DNA from: Eledone cirrhosa
Lineage: Eukaryota
Direction of reading: 5' to 3'
Assembly: GCA_964016885.1 (NCBI GenBank)
Contig: OZ024742.1
Span: 11,594,001 to 11,658,000, forward strand
DNA: 64,000 bases
The notes under the pieces were generated by a model, which made no database searches, was not told the origin of the DNA, and saw nothing but the letters and a program-made list of their open reading frames with translations. A program made the position numbers and the translations under genes. Numbering within the stretch: the first letter of the stretch is position 1; each line of letters opens with the position of its first letter. This document shows positions 1-15,000 of the stretch, in pieces.

Positions 1-3000
1 TTGTTATTGGTGTTGTTATTGGTGTTGTTGTTATTGGTGTTGTTGTTGGTGTTGTTGTTATTGGTGTTGTTATTGGTGTTGTTGTTATTGGTGTTGTTAT
101 TTGTGTTGTTGTTATTGGTGTTGTTATTGGTGTTGTTATTGGTATTGTTGTTATTGGTGTTGTTGTTACTGGTGCTGTTATTGGTGTTGTTGTTATTGGT
201 GTTGTTATTGGTGTTGTTATTGGTGCTGTTGTTATTGGTATTGTTGTTATTGGTGTTGTGGTTATTGGTGTTGTTATTGGTGTTGTTGTTATTGGTGTTG
301 TTATTGGTGTTGTTATTGGTGCTGTTGTTATTGGTTTTGTTGTTATTGGTGTTGTTGTTATTGGTGTTGTTGTTATTGGTGTTGTTGTTGGTGTTGTTGT
401 TATTGGTGTTGTTGTTATTGATGTTGTTGTTATTGGTGTTGTTGTTATTGGTGTTGTTATTGGTGTTGTTGTTATTGGTGTTGTTATTGTTGTTGTTATT
501 GGTGTTGTGGTTATTGGTGTTGTTATTGGTGTTGTTATTAATGGTGTTGTTGTTATTGGTGTTGTTGTTATTGTTGTTGTTTTTATTGGTGTTGTTGTTG
601 GTGTTGTTGTTATTGGTGTTGTTGTTATTGATGTTGTTGTTATTGGTGCTGTTATTGGTGTTGTTGTTATTGGTGTTGTTATTGGTGTTGTTATTAATGG
701 TGTTGTTGTTATTGGTATTGTTATTGGTGTTGTTGTTATTGGTGTTGTTATTGGTGTTGTTGTTATTGGTGTTGTTATTGGTGTTGTTATTAATGGTGTT
801 GTTGTTATTGGTATTGTTATTGGTGTTGTTATTGGTGCTGTTGTTATTGGTGTTGTTGTTATTGGTGTTGTTTTTATTGGTGTTGTTGTTGGTGTTGTTG
901 TTATTGGTGTTGTTGTTATTGATGTTGTTATTATTGGTGTTGTTGTTGGTGTTGTTGTTATTGGTATTGTTATTGGTGTTGTTGTTATTGGTGTTGTTGT
1001 AATTGGTGTTGTTGTTATTGGTGTTGTTATTGGTGTTGTTGTTATTGGTGTTGTTGTTATTGGTGTTGTTGTTATTGGTGTTGTTGTTGGTATTGTTGTT
1101 ATTGGTGTTGTTATTGGTGTTGTTGTTATTGGTGTTGTGGTTATTGGTGTTGTTGTTATTGGTGTTGTTGTTGGTGTTGTTGTTATTGGTGTTGTTGTTA
1201 TTGGTGTTGTTGTTATTGGTGTTGTTGTTGGTGTTGTTGTTATTGGTGTTGTTAATGGTATTGTTGTTATTGGTGTTGTTATTGGTGTTGTGGTTATTGG
1301 TGTTTTTATTGGTGTTGTTGTTATTGGGGTTGTTTTTATTGGTGTTGTTGTTGGTGTTGTTGTTATTGATGTTGTTGTTATTGGTGTTGTTGTTGGTGTT
1401 GTTGTTATTGGTGTTGTTATTGGTGTTGTTGTTATTGGTGTTGTTATTGGTGTTGTTGTTATTGGTGTTTTTATTGGTGTTGTTGTTATTGGGGTTGTTT
1501 TTATTGGTGTTGTTGTTGGTGTTGTTGTTATTGATGTTGTTGTTATTGGTGTTGTTGTTGGTGTTGTTGTTATTGGTGTTGTTATTGGTGTTGTTGTTAT
1601 TGGTGTTGTTGTTGGTGTTGTTGTTATTGGTGTTGTTATTGGTGTTGTTGTTATTGGTGTTGTTATTGGTGTTGTTGTTATTGGTGTTTTTATTGGTGTT
1701 GTTGTTATTGGGGTTGTTTTTTTTGGTGTTGTTGTTGGTGTTGTTGTTATTGATGTTGTTGTTATTGGTGTTGTTGTTGGTGTTGTTGTTATTGGTGTTG
1801 TTATTGGTGCTGTTGTTATTGGTGTTGTTATTGGTGTTGTTGTTATTGGTGTTGTTGTTATTGGTGCTGTTATTGGTGTTGTTATTGGTGTTGTTGTTAT
1901 TGGTGTTGTTATTGGTGTTGTTGTTATTGGTGTTTTTATTGGTGTTGTTGTTATTGGGGTTGTTTTTATTGGTGTTGTTGTTGGTGTTGTTGTTATTGAT
2001 GTTGTTGTTATTGCTGTTGTTGTTGGTGTTGTTGTTATTGGTGTTGTTATTGGTGTTGTTGTTATTGGTGTTGTTATTGGTGTTGTTATTGGTGTTGTTA
2101 TTGGTGTTGTTATTCGTGTTGTTATTGGTATTGTTGTTATTGGTGTTGTTGTTACTGGTGCTGTTATTGGTGTTGTTGTTATTGGTGTTGTTATTGGTGT
2201 TGTTATTGGTGTTGTGGTTATTGGTGTTCTTATTGGTGTTGTTGTTATTGGTGTTGTTATTGGTGTTGTTATTGGTGCTGTTGTTATTGGTTTTGTTGTT
2301 ATTGGTGTTGTTGTTATTGGTGTTGTTGTTATTGGTGTTGTTGTTGGTGTTGTTGTTATTGGTGTTGTTGTTATTGATGTTGTTGTTATTGGTGTTGTTG
2401 TTGGTGTTGTTGTTATTGGTATTGTTATTGGTGTTGTTGTTATTGGTGTTGTTATTGCTGTTGTTGTTATTGGTGTTGTTGTTATTGGTGTTGTTGTTAT
2501 TGGTGTTGTTGTTGGTGTCGTTGTTATTGTTGTTGTTTTTATTGGTGTTGTGGTTGGTGTTGTTGTTATTGGTGTTGTTGTTATTGGTGTTGTTCTTATT
2601 GGTGTTGTTGTTATTGGTGTTGTTGTTGGTGTTGTTGTTATTGGTGTTGTTATTGGTGTTGTTGTTATTGGTGTTGTTGTTATTGGTGTTGTTGTTGGTG
2701 TTGTTGTTATTGATGTTGTTGTTATTGGTGTTGTTATTGGTGTTGTTGTTATTGGTGTTTTTATTGGTGTTGTTGTTATTGGGGTTGTTTTTATTGGTGT
2801 TGTTGTTGGTGTTGTTGTTATTGATGTTGTTGTTATTGGTGTTGTTGTTGGTGTTGTTGTTATTGGTGTTGTTATTGGTGTTGTTGTTATTGGTGTTGTT
2901 ATTGGTGTTGTTATTGGTGTTGTTATTCGTGTTGTTATTGGTATTGTTGTTATTGGTGTTGTTGTTACTGGTGCTGTTATTGGTGTTGTTGTTATTGGTG

Positions 3001-6000
3001 TTGTTATTGGTGTTGTTATTGGTGTTGTGGTTATTGGTGTTCTTATTGGTGTTGTTGTTATTGGTGTTGTTGTTATTGGTGTTGTTGTTATTGGTGTTGT
3101 TGTTGGTGTTGTTGTTATTGGTGTTGTTGTTATTGATGTTGTTGTTATTGGTGTTGTTATTGCTGTTGTTGTTATTGGTGTTGTTGTTATTGGTGTTGTT
3201 GTTATTGGTGTTGTTATTGCTGTTGTTGTTATTGGTGTTGTTGTTATTGGTGTTGTTGTTATTGGTGTTGTTGTTGGTGTCGTTGTTATCGTTGTTGTTT
3301 TTATTGGTGTTGTGGTTGGTGTTGTTGTTATTGGTGTTGTTGTTATTGGTGTTGTTCTTATTGGTGTTGTTGTTATTGGTGTTGTTGTTGGTGTTGTTGT
3401 TATTGGTGTTGTTATTGGTATTGTTTTTATTGGTGTTGTTATTGGTGTTGTTATTGGTGTTGTGGTTATTGGTGTTGTTGTTATTGGTGCTGTTATTGGT
3501 GTTGTTGTTATTGGTGTTGTTATTGGTGTTGTTGTTATTGGTGTTGTTATTGGTGTTGTTGTTATTGGTGTTGTTGTTGGTGTTGTTGTTATTGGTGTTG
3601 TTATTGGTGTTGTTGTTATTGGTGTTGTTGTTGGTGTTGTTGTTATTGGTGTTGTTATTGGTGTTGTTGTTATTGGTGTTGTTATTGGTGTTGTTATTGG
3701 TATTGTTGTTATTGGTGTTGTTGTTACTGGTGCTGTTATTGGTGTTGTTGTTATTGGTGTTGTTGTTATTGGTGTTGTTGTTATTGGTATTGTTGTTGGT
3801 GTTGTTGTTATTGGTGTTGTTATTGGTATTGTTGTTATTGGTGTTGTTGTTATTGGTGTTGTTATTGGTGTTGTTGTTATTGGTGTTGTTGTTATTGGTG
3901 TTGGTGTTGTTGTTATTGGTGTTGTTTTTATTGGTGTTGTTGTTGGTTTTGTTGTTATTGGTGTTGTTGTTATTGATGTTGTTGTTATTGGTGTTGTTGT
4001 TGGTGTTGTTGTTATTGGTGTTGTTATTGGTATAGTTGTTATTGGTGTTGTTATTGGTATTGTTGTTATGGGTGTTGTTATTGGTGTTGTTGTTATTGGT
4101 GTTGTTATTGGTGTTGTTGTTATTGGTGTTGTTGTTAATGGTGTTGTTCTTATTGGTGTTGTTATTGGTGTTGTTCTTATTGGTGTTGTTATTGGTGTTG
4201 TTATTGATATTGTTGTTATTGGTGTTGTTGTTATTGGTGTTGTTATTGGTGTTGTTGTTATTGGTTTTGTTATTGGTGTTGTTGTTATTGATGTTGTTGT
4301 TATTGGTGTTGTAGTTGGTGTTGTTGTTATTGGTGTTGTTATTGGTATTGTTGTTATTGGTGCTGTTGTTATTGGTGTTGTTATTAATGATGTTGTTGTT
4401 ATTGGTGTTGTTCTTATTGGTGTTGTTATTGGTGTTGTTATTGATATTGTTGTTATTGGTGTTGTTGTTATTGGTGTTGTTATTGGTGTTGTTGTTATTG
4501 GTGTTGTTATTATTGGTGTTGCTGTTATTGGTGTTGTTATTGGTGTTGTTGTTATTGGTGTTGTTTTTATTGCTGTTGTTGTTATTGGTGTTGTTGTTGG
4601 TGTTGTTGTTATTGGTGTTGTTATTGGTATTGTTGTTATTGGTGTTGTTATTGGTGTTGTGGTTATTGGTGTTGTTTTTATTGGTGCTGTTATTGGTGTT
4701 GTTGTTATTGGTGTTGTTGTTATTGGTGTTGTTATTGGTGTTGTTGTTATTGGTGTTGTTATTGGTGTTGTTGTTATTGGTGTTGTTATTGGTGTTGTTG
4801 TTATTGGTGTTGTTGTTGGTGTTGTTGTTATTGGTGCTGTTATTGGTGTTGTTGTTATTGGTGTTGTTATTGGTGTTGTTATTGGTGTTGTGGTTATTGG
4901 TGTTGTTATTGGTGTTGTTGTTATTGGTGTTGTTGTTATTGGTGTTGTTGTTATTGGTGTTGTTATTGGTGTTGTTATTGGTGCTGTTGTTATTGGTGCT
5001 GTTATTGGTGCTGTTATTGGTGTTGTTGTTATTGGTGTTGTTATTGGTGTTGTTATTGGTGTTGTTATTGGTGTTGTTATTGGTGTTGTTGTTATTGGTG
5101 TTGTTATTGGTGTTGTTGTTATTGGTGTTGTTGTTGGTGTTGTTGTTATTGGTGTTGTTATTGGTGTTGTTGTTATTGGTGTTGTTATTGGTGTTTTTGT
5201 TATTGGTGTTTTTGTTGGTGTTGTTTTTATTGGGGTTGTTTTTATTGGTGTTGTTGTTGGTGTTGTTGTTATTGATGTTGTTGTTATTGGTGTTGTTGTT
5301 GGTGTTGTTGTTATTGGTGTTGTTATTGGTGTTGTTGTTATTGGTGTTGTTGTTATTGGTGTTGTTGTTGGTGTTGTTATTGGTATTGTTGTTATTGGTG
5401 TTGTTGTTATTGGTGCTGTTATTGGTGTTGTGGTTATTGGTGTTGTTATTGGTGTTGTTGTTATTGGTGTTGTTGTTATTGGTGTTGTTATTGGTGTTGT
5501 TATTGGTGCTGTTGTTATTGGTGCTGTTATTGGTGTTGTTGTTATTGGTGTTTTTATTGGTGTTGTTATTGGTGTTGTGGTTATTGGTGTTGTTGTTATT
5601 GGTGTTGTTGTTATTGGTGTTGTTGTTATTGGTGTTGTTGTTGGTGTTGTTGTTATTGTTGTTGTTTTTATTGGTGTTGTTGTTATTGGTGTTGGTGTTG
5701 GTGTTGTTGTTATTGGTGTTGTTGTTATTGGTGTTGTTGTTGGTGTTGTTGTTATTGTTGTTGTTTTTATTGGTGTTGCGGTTGGTGTTGTTGTTATTGG
5801 TGTTGTTGTTGGTGTTGTTGTTATTGGTGTTGTTATTGGTGTTGTTGTTATTGGTGTTGTTGTTGGTGTTGATTTTATTGGTGATGTTATTGGTATTGTT
5901 GTTATTGGTGTTGTTATTGGTGTTGTGGTTATTGGTGTTGTTGTTATTGGTGCTGTTATTGGTGTTGTTGTTATTGGTGTTGTTATTGGTGTTGTTATTG

Positions 6001-9000
6001 GTGTTGTTGTTATTGGTGTTGTTGTAATTGGTGTTGTTGTTATTGGTGTTGTTATTGGTGTTGTTGTTATTGGTGTTGTTGTTATTGGTGTTGTTGTTAT
6101 TGGTATTGTTGTTGGTGTTGTTGTTATTGGTGTTGTTATTGGTATTGTTGTTATTGGTGTTGTTGTTATTGGTGTTGTTATTGGTGTTGTTGTTATTGGT
6201 GTTGTTGTTATTGGTGTTGGTGTTGTTGTTATTGGTGTTGTTTTTATTGGTGTTGTTGTTGGTTTTGTTGTTATTGGTGTTGTTGTTATTGATGTTGTTG
6301 TTATTGGTGTTGTTGTTGGTGTTGTTGTTATTGGTGTTGTTATTGGTATAGTTGTTATTGGTGTTGTTATTGGTATTGTTGTTATGGGTGTTGTTATTGG
6401 TGTTGTTGTTATTGGTGTTGTTATTGGTGTTGTTGTTATTGGTGTTGTTGTTATTGGTGTTGTTCTTATTGGTGTTGTTATTGGTGTTGTTGTTATTGGT
6501 GTTGTTGTTATTGGTTTTGTTATTGGTGTTGTTGTTATTGATGTTGTTGTTATTGGTGTTGTTGTTGGTGTTGTTGTTATTGGTGTTGTTATTGGTATTG
6601 TTGTTATTGGTGCTGTTGTTATTGGTGTTGTTATTAATGATGTTGTTGTTATTGGTGTTGTTCTTATTGGTGTTGTTATTGGTGTTGTTATTGATATTGT
6701 TGTTATTGGTGTTGTTGTTATTGGTGTTGTTATTGGTGTTGTTGTTATTGGTGTTGTTATTATTGGTGTTGCTGTTATTGGTGTTGTTATTGGTGTTGTT
6801 GTTATTGGTGTTGTTGTTATTGCTGTTGTTGTTATTGGTGTTGTTGTTGGTGTTGTTGTTATTGGTGTTGTTATTGGTATTGTTGTTATTGGTGTTGTTA
6901 TTGGTGTTGTGGTTATTGGTGTTGTTTTTATTGGTGCTGTTATTGGTGTTGTTGTTATTGGTGTTGTTGTTATTGGTGTTGTTATTGGTGTTGTTGTTAT
7001 TGGTGTTGTTATTGGTGTTGTTGTTATTGGTGTTGTTATTGGTGTTGTTGTTATTGGTGTTGTTGTTGGTGTTGTTGTTATTGGTGCTGTTATTGGTGTT
7101 GTTGTTATTGGTGTTGTTATTGGTGTTGTTATTGGTGTTGTGGTTATTGGTGTTGTTATTGGTGTTGTTGTTATTGGTGTTGTTGTTATTGGTGTTGTTG
7201 TTATTGGTGTTGTTATTGGTGTTGTTATTGGTGCTGTTGTTATTGGTGCTGTTATTGGTGCTGTTATTGGTGTTGTTGTTATTGGTGTTGTTATTGGTGT
7301 TGTTATTGGTGTTGTTATTGGTGTTGTTATTGGTGTTGTTGTTATTGGTGTTGTTATTGGTGTTGTTGTTATTGGTGTTGTTGTTGGTGTTGTTGTTATT
7401 GGTGTTGTTATTGGTGTTGTTGTTATTGGTGTTGTTATTGGTGTTTTTGTTATTGGTGTTTTTGTTGGTGTTGTTTTTATTGGGGTTGTTTTTATTGGTG
7501 TTGTTGTTGGTGTTGTTGTTATTGATGTTGTTGTTATTGGTGTTGTTGTTGGTGTTGTTGTTATTGGTGTTGTTATTGGTGTTGTTGTTATTGGTGTTGT
7601 TGTTATTGGTGTTGTTGTTGGTGTTGTTATTGGTATTGGTGTTATTGGTGTTGTTGTTATTGGTGCTGTTATTGGTGTTGTGGTTATTGGTGTTGTTATT
7701 GGTGTTGTTGTTATTGGTGTTGTTGTTATTGGTGTTGTTATTGGTGTTGTTATTGGTGCTGTTGTTATTGGTGCTGTTATTGGTGTTGTTGTTATTGGTG
7801 TTTTTATTGGTGTTGTTATTGGTGTTGTGGTTATTGGTGTTGTTGTTATTGGTGTTGTTGTTATTGGTGTTGTTGTTATTGGTGTTGTTGTTGGTGTTGT
7901 TGTTATTGTTGTTGTTTTTATTGGTGTTGTTGTTATTGGTGTTGGTGTTGGTGTTGTTGTTATTGGTGTTGTTGTTATTGGTGTTGTTGTTGGTGTTGTT
8001 GTTATTGTTGTTGTTTTTATTGGTGTTGCGGTTGGTGTTGTTGTTATTGGTGTTGTTGTTGGTGTTGTTGTTATTGGTGTTGTTATTGGTGTTGTTGTTA
8101 TTGGTGTTGTTGTTGGTGTTGATTTTATTGGTGTTGTTATTGGTATTGTTGTTATTGGTGTTGTTATTGGTGTTGTGGTTATTGGTCTTGTTGTTATTGG
8201 TGCTGTTATTGGTGTTGTTGTTATTGGTGTTGTTATTGGTGTTGTTATTGGTGTTGTTGTTATTGGTGTTGTTATTGGTGTTGTTGTTATTGGTGTTGTT
8301 GTTGGTGTTGTTGTTATTGGTGTTGTTATTGGTATTGTTGTTATTGGTGTTGTTATTGGTGTTGTTGTTATTGGTGTTGTGGTTATTGGTGTTGTTGTTA
8401 TTGGTGTTGTTGTTGGTGTTGTTGTTATTGGTGTTGTTGTTATTGGTGTTGTTGTTATTGGTGTTGTTGTTGGTGTTGTTGTTATTGGTGTTGTTATTGG
8501 TATTGTTGTTATTGGTGTTGTTATTGGTGTTGTGGTTATTGGTGTTTTTATTGGTGTTGTTGTTATTGGGGTTGTTTTTATTGGTGTTGTTGTTGGTGTT
8601 GTTGTTATTGTTGTTGTTTTTATTGGTGTTGTTGTTATTGGTGTTGGTGTTGGTGTTGTTGTTATTGGTGTTGTTGTTATTGGTGTTGTTGTTGGTGTTG
8701 TTGTTATTGTTGTTGTTTTTATTGGTGTTGCGGTTGGTGTTGTTGTTATTGGTGTTGTTGTTGGTGTTGTTGTTATTGGTGTTGTTATTGGTGTTGTTGT
8801 TATTGGTGTTGTTGTTGGTGTTGATTTTATTGGTGTTGTTATTGGTATTGTTGTTATTGGTGTTGTTATTGGTGTTGTGGTTATTGGTCTTGTTGTTATT
8901 GGTGCTGTTATTGGTGTTGCGGTTATTGGTGTTGTTGTTATTGGTGTTGTTGTTGGTGTTGTTGTTATTGGTGTTGTTGTTATTGGTGTTGTTGTTATTG

Positions 9001-12000
9001 GTGTTGTTGTTGGTGTTGTTGTTATTGGTGTTGTTATTGGTATTGTTGTTATTGGTGTTGTTATTGGTGTTGTTGTTATTGGTGTTGTGGTTATTGGTGT
9101 TGTTGTTATTGGTGTTGTTGTTGGTGTTGTTGTTATTGGTGTTGTTGTTATTGGTGTTGTTGTTATTGGTGTTGTTGTTGGTGTTGTTGTTATTGGTGTT
9201 GTTATTGGTATTGTTGTTATTGGTGTTGTTATTGGTGTTGTGGTTATTGGTGTTGTTATTGGTGTTGTTGTTATTGGTGTTGTTGTTATTGGTGTTGTTG
9301 TTATTGGTGTTGTTGTTATTGGTGTTGTTGTTGGTGTTGTTGTTATTGGTGTTGTTATTGGTATTGTTGTTATTGGTGTTGTTATTGGTGTTGTGGTTAT
9401 TGGTGTTGTTTTTATTGGTGCTGTTATTGGTGTTGTTGTTATTGGTGTTGTTGTTATTGGTGTTGTTATTGGTGTTGTTGTTGTTGGTGTTGTTATTGGT
9501 GTTGTTGTTATTGGTGTTGTTATTGGTGTTGTTGTTATTGGTGTTGTTGTTGGTGTTGTTGTTATTGGTGTTGTTGTTATTGGTGCTGTTATTGGTGTTG
9601 TTGTTATTGGTGTTGTTATTGGTGTTGTTATTGGTGTTGTGGTTATTGGTGTTGTTATTGGTGTTGTTGTTATTGGTGTTGTTGTTATTGGTGTTGTTAT
9701 TGGTGCTGTTGTTATTGGTGCTGTTATTGGTGTTGTTGTTATTGGTGTTGTTGTTGGTGTTGTTGTTATTGGTGTTGTTATTGGTGTTGTTGTTATTGGT
9801 GTTGTTATTGGTGTTGTTGTTATTGGTGTTGTTGTTATTGGTGTTTTTGTTGGTGTTGTTTTTATTGGGGTTGTTTTTATTGGTGTTGTTGTTGGTGTTG
9901 TTGTTATTGATGTTGTTGTTATTGGTGTTGTTGTTGGTGTTGTTGTTATTGGTGTTGTTATTGGTGTTGTTGTTATTGGTGTTGTTGTTATTGGTGTTGT
10001 TGTTGGTGTTGTTATTGGTATTGTTGTTATTGGTGTTGTTGTTATTGGTGCTGTTATTGGTGTTGTTGTTATTGGTGTTGTTATTGGTGTTGTGGTTATT
10101 GGTGTTGTTATTGGTGTTGTTGTTATTGGTGTTGTTGTTATTGGTGTTGTTATTGGTGTTGTTATTGGTGCTGTTGTTATTGGTGCTGTTATTGGTGTTG
10201 TTGTTATTGGTGTTTTTATTGGTGTTGTTATTGGTGTTGTGGTTATTGGTGTTGTTGTTATTGGTGTTGTTGTTATTGGTGTTGTTGTTATTGGTGTTGT
10301 TGTTGGTGTTGTTGTTATTGTTGTTGTTTTTATTGGTGTTGTTGTTATTGGTGTTGTTGTTGGTGTCGTTGTTATTGTTGTTGTTTTTATTGGTGTTGCG
10401 GTTATTGGTGTTGTTGTTATTGGTGTTGTTGTTGGTGTTGTTGTTATTGGTGTTGTTGTTATTGGTGTTGTTGTTATTGGTGTTGTTGTTGGTGTTGTTG
10501 TTATTGGTGTTGTTATTGGTATTGTTGTTATTGGTGTTGTTATTGGTGTTGTTGTTATTGGTGTTGTGGTTATTGGTGTTGTTGTTATTGGTGTTGTTGT
10601 TGGTGTTGTTGTTATTGGTGTTGTTGTTATTGGTGTTGTTGTTATTGGTGTTGTTGTTGGTGTTGTTGTTATTGGTGTTGTTATTGGTATTGTTGTTATT
10701 GGTGTTGTTATTGGTGTTGTGGTTATTGGTGTTTTTATTGGTGTTGTTGTTATTGGGGTTGTTTTTATTGGTGTTGTTGTTGGTGTTGTTGTTATTGATG
10801 TTGTTGTTATTGGTGTTGTTGTTGGTGTTGTTGTTATTGGTGTTGTTATTGGTGTTGTTGTTATTGGTGTTGTTATTGGTGTTGTTGTTATTGGTGTTTT
10901 TATTGGTGTTGTTGTTATTGGGGTTGTTTTTATTGGTGTTGTTGTTGGTGTTGTTGTTATTGATGTTGTTGTTATTGGTGTTGTTGTTGGTGTTGTTGTT
11001 ATTGGTGTTGTTATTGGTGTTGTTGTTATTGGTGTTGTTGTTGGTGTTGTTGTTATTGGTGTTGTTATTGGTGTTGTTGTTATTGGTGTTGTTATTGGTG
11101 TTGTTGTTATTGGTGTTTTTATTGGTGTTGTTGTTATTGGGGTTGTTTTTATTGGTGTTGTTGTTGGTGTTGTTGTTATTGATGTTGTTTTTATTGGTGT
11201 TGTTGTTGGTGTTGTTGTTATTGGTGTTGTTATTGGTGTTGTTGTTATTGGTGTTGTTATTGGTGTTGTTATTGGTGTTGTTATTCGTGTTGTTATTGGT
11301 ATTGTTGTTATTGGTGTTGTTGTTACTGGTGCTGTTATTGGTGTTGTTGTTATTGGTGTTGTTATTGGTGTTGTTATTGGTGTTGTGGTTATTGGTGTTC
11401 TTATTGGTGTTGTTGTTATTGGTGTTGTTATTGGTGTTGTTATTGGTGCTGTTGTTATTGGTTTTGTTGTTATTGGTGTTGTTGTTATTGGTGTTGTTGT
11501 TATTGGTGTTGTTGTTGGTGTTGTTGTTATTGGTGTTGTTGTTATTGATGTTGTTGTTATTGGTGTTGTTGTTGGTGTTGTTGTTATTGGTATTGTTATT
11601 GGTGTTGTTGTTATTGGTGTTGTTATTGCTGTTGTTGTTATTGGTGTTGTTGTTATTGGTGCTGTTATTGGTGCTGTTGTTATTGGTGCTGTTATTGGTG
11701 TTGTTGTTATTGGTGTTGTTATTGGTGTTGTTATTGGTGTTGTTATTGGTGTTGTGGTTATTGGTGTTGTTGTTATTGGTGTTGTTGTTATTGGTGTTGT
11801 TGTTATTGGTGTTGTTGTTGGTGTCGTTGTTATTGTTGTTGTTTTTATTGGTGTTGTGGTTGGTGTTGTTGTTATTGGTGTTGTTGTTATTGGTGTTGTT
11901 CTTATTGGTGTTGTTGTTATTGGTGTTGTTGTTGGTGTTGTTGTTATTGGTGTTGTTATTGGTATTGTTGTTATTGGTGTTGTTATTGGTGTTGTTATTG

Positions 12001-15000
12001 GTGTTGTGGTTATTGGTGTTGTTGTTATTGGTGCTGTTATTGGTGTTGTTGTTATTGGTGTTGTTATTGGTGTTGTTGTTATTGGTGTTGTTATTGGTGT
12101 TGTTGTTATTGGTGTTGTTGTTGGTGTTGTTGTTATTGGTGTTGTTATTGGTGTTGTTGTTATTGGTGTTGTTGTTGGTGTTGTTGTTGTTGGTGTTGTT
12201 GTTATTGGTGTTGTTATTGGTGTTGTTGTTATTGGTGTTGTTATTGGTGTTGTTGTTATTGGTGTTGTTATTGGTGTTGTTATTGGTATTGTTGTTATTG
12301 GTGTTGTTGTTACTGGTGCTGTTATTGGTGTTGTTGTTATTGGTGTTGTTATTGGTGTTGTTATTGGTGCTGTTGTTATTGGTATTGTTGTTATTGGTGT
12401 TGTGGTTATTGGTGTTGTTATTGGTGTTGTTGTTATTGGTGTTGTTATTGGTGTTGTTATTGGTGCTGTTGTTATTGGTTTTGTTGTTATTGGTGTTGTT
12501 GTTATTGGTGTTGTTGTTATTGGTGTTGTTGTTGGTGTTGTTGTTATTGGTGTTGTTGTTATTGATGTTGTTGTTATTGGTGTTGTTGTTATTGGTGTTG
12601 TTATTGGTGTTGTTGTTATTGGTGTTGTTATTGTTGTTGTTATTGGTGTTGTGGTTATTGGTGTTGTTATTGGTGTTGTTATTAATGGTGTTGTTGTTAT
12701 TGGTGTTGTTGTTATTGTTGTTGTTTTTATTGGTGTTGTTGTTGGTGTTGTTGTTATTGGTGTTGTTGTTATTGATGTTGTTGTTATTGGTGCTGTTATT
12801 GGTGTTGTTGTTATTGGTGTTGTTATTGGTGTTGTTATTAATGGTGTTGTTGTTATTGGTATTGTTATTGGTGTTGTTGTTATTGGTGTTGTTATTGGTG
12901 TTGTTGTTATTGGTGTTGTTATTGGTGTTGTTATTAATGGTGTTGTTGTTATTGGTATTGTTATTGGTGTTGTTATTGGTGCTGTTGTTATTGGTGTTGT
13001 TGTTATTGGTGTTGTTTTTATTGGTGTTGTTGTTGGTGTTGTTGTTATTGGTGTTGTTGTTATTGATGTTGTTATTATTGGTGTTGTTGTTGGTGTTGTT
13101 GTTATTGGTATTGTTATTGGTGTTGTGGTTATTGGTGTTGTTGTTATTGGTGTTGTTGTTGGTGTTGTTGTTATTGGTGTTGTTGTTATTGGTGTTGTTG
13201 TTATTGGTGTTGTTGTTGGTGTTGTTGTTATTGGTGTTGTTAATGGTATTGTTGTTATTGGTGTTGTTATTGGTGTTGTGGTTATTGGTGTTTTTATTGG
13301 TGTTGTTGTTATTGGGGTTGTTTTTATTGGTGTTGTTGTTGGTGTTGTTGTTATTGATGTTGTTGTTATTGGTGTTGTTGTTGGTGTTGTTGTTATTGGT
13401 GTTGTTATTGGTGTTGTTGTTATTGGTGTTGTTATTGGTGTTGTTGTTATTGGTGTTTTTATTGGTGTTGTTGTTATTGGGGTTGTTTTTATTGGTGTTG
13501 TTGTTGGTGTTGTTGTTATTGATGTTGTTGTTATTGGTGTTGTTGTTGGTGTTGTTGTTATTGGTGTTGTTATTGGTGTTGTTGTTATTGGTGTTGTTGT
13601 TGGTGTTGTTGTTATTGGTGTTGTTATTGGTGTTGTTGTTATTGGTGTTGTTATTGGTGTTGTTGTTATTGGTGCTTTTATTGGTGTTGTTGTTATTGGG
13701 GTTGTTTTTATTGGTGTTGTTGTTGGTGTTGTTGTTATTGATGTTGTTGTTATTGGTGTTGTTGTTGGTGTTGTTGTTATTGGTGTTGTTATTGGTGCTG
13801 TTGTTATTGGTGTTGTTATTGGTGTTGTTGTTATTGGTGTTGTTGTTATTGGTGCTGTTATTGGTGTTGTTATTGGTGTTGTTGTTATTGGTGTTGTTAT
13901 TGGTGTTGTTGTTATTGGTGTTTTTATTGGTGTTGTTGTTATTGGGGTTGTTTTTATTGGTGTTGTTGTTGGTGTTGTTGTTATTGATGTTGTTGTTATT
14001 GCTGTTGTTGTTGGTGTTGTTGTTATTGGTGTTGTTATTGGTGTTGTTGTTATTGGTGTTGTTATTGGTGTTGTTATTGGTGTTGTTATTGGTGTTGTTA
14101 TTCGTGTTGTTATTGGTATTGTTGTTATTGGTGTTGTTGTTACTGGTGCTGTTATTGGTGTTGTTGTTATTGGTGTTGTTATTGGTGTTGTTATTGGTGT
14201 TGTTATTGGTGTTGTGGTTATTGGTGTTCTTATTGGTGTTGTTGTTATTGGTGTTGTTATTGGTGTTGTTATTGGTGCTGTTGTTATTGGTTTTGTTGTT
14301 ATTGGTGTTGTTGTTATTGGTGTTGTTGTTATTGGTGTTGTTGTTGGTGTTGTTGTTATTGGTGTTGTTGTTATTGATGTTGTTGTTATTGGTGTTGTTG
14401 TTGGTGTTGTTGTTATTGGTATTGTTATTGGTGTTGTTGTTATTGGTGTTGTTATTGCTGTTGTTGTTATTGGTGTTGTTGTTATTGGTGTTGTTGTTAT
14501 TGGTGTTGTTGTTGGTGTCGTTGTTATTGTTGTTGTTTTTATTGGTGTTGTGGTTGGTGTTGTTGTTATTGGTGTTGTTGTTATTGGTGTTGTTCTTATT
14601 GGTGTTGTTGTTATTGGTGTTGTTGTTGGTGTTGTTGTTATTGGTGTTGTTATTGGTGTTGTTGTTATTGGTGTTGTTGTTATTGGTGTTGTTGTTGGTG
14701 TTGTTGTTATTGATGTTATTGTTATTGGTGTTGTTATTGGTGTTGTTGTTATTGGTGTTTTTATTGGTGTTGTTGTTATTGGGGTTGTTTTTATTGGTGT
14801 TGTTGTTGGTGTTGTTGTTATTGATGTTGTTGTTATTGGTGTTGTTGTTGGTGTTGTTGTTATTGGTGTTGTTATTGGTGTTGTTGTTATTGGTGTTGTT
14901 ATTGGTGTTGTTATTGGTGTTGTTATTCGTGTTGTTATTGGTATTGTTGTTATTGGTGTTGTTGTTACTGGTGCTGTTATTGGTGTTGTTGTTATTGGTG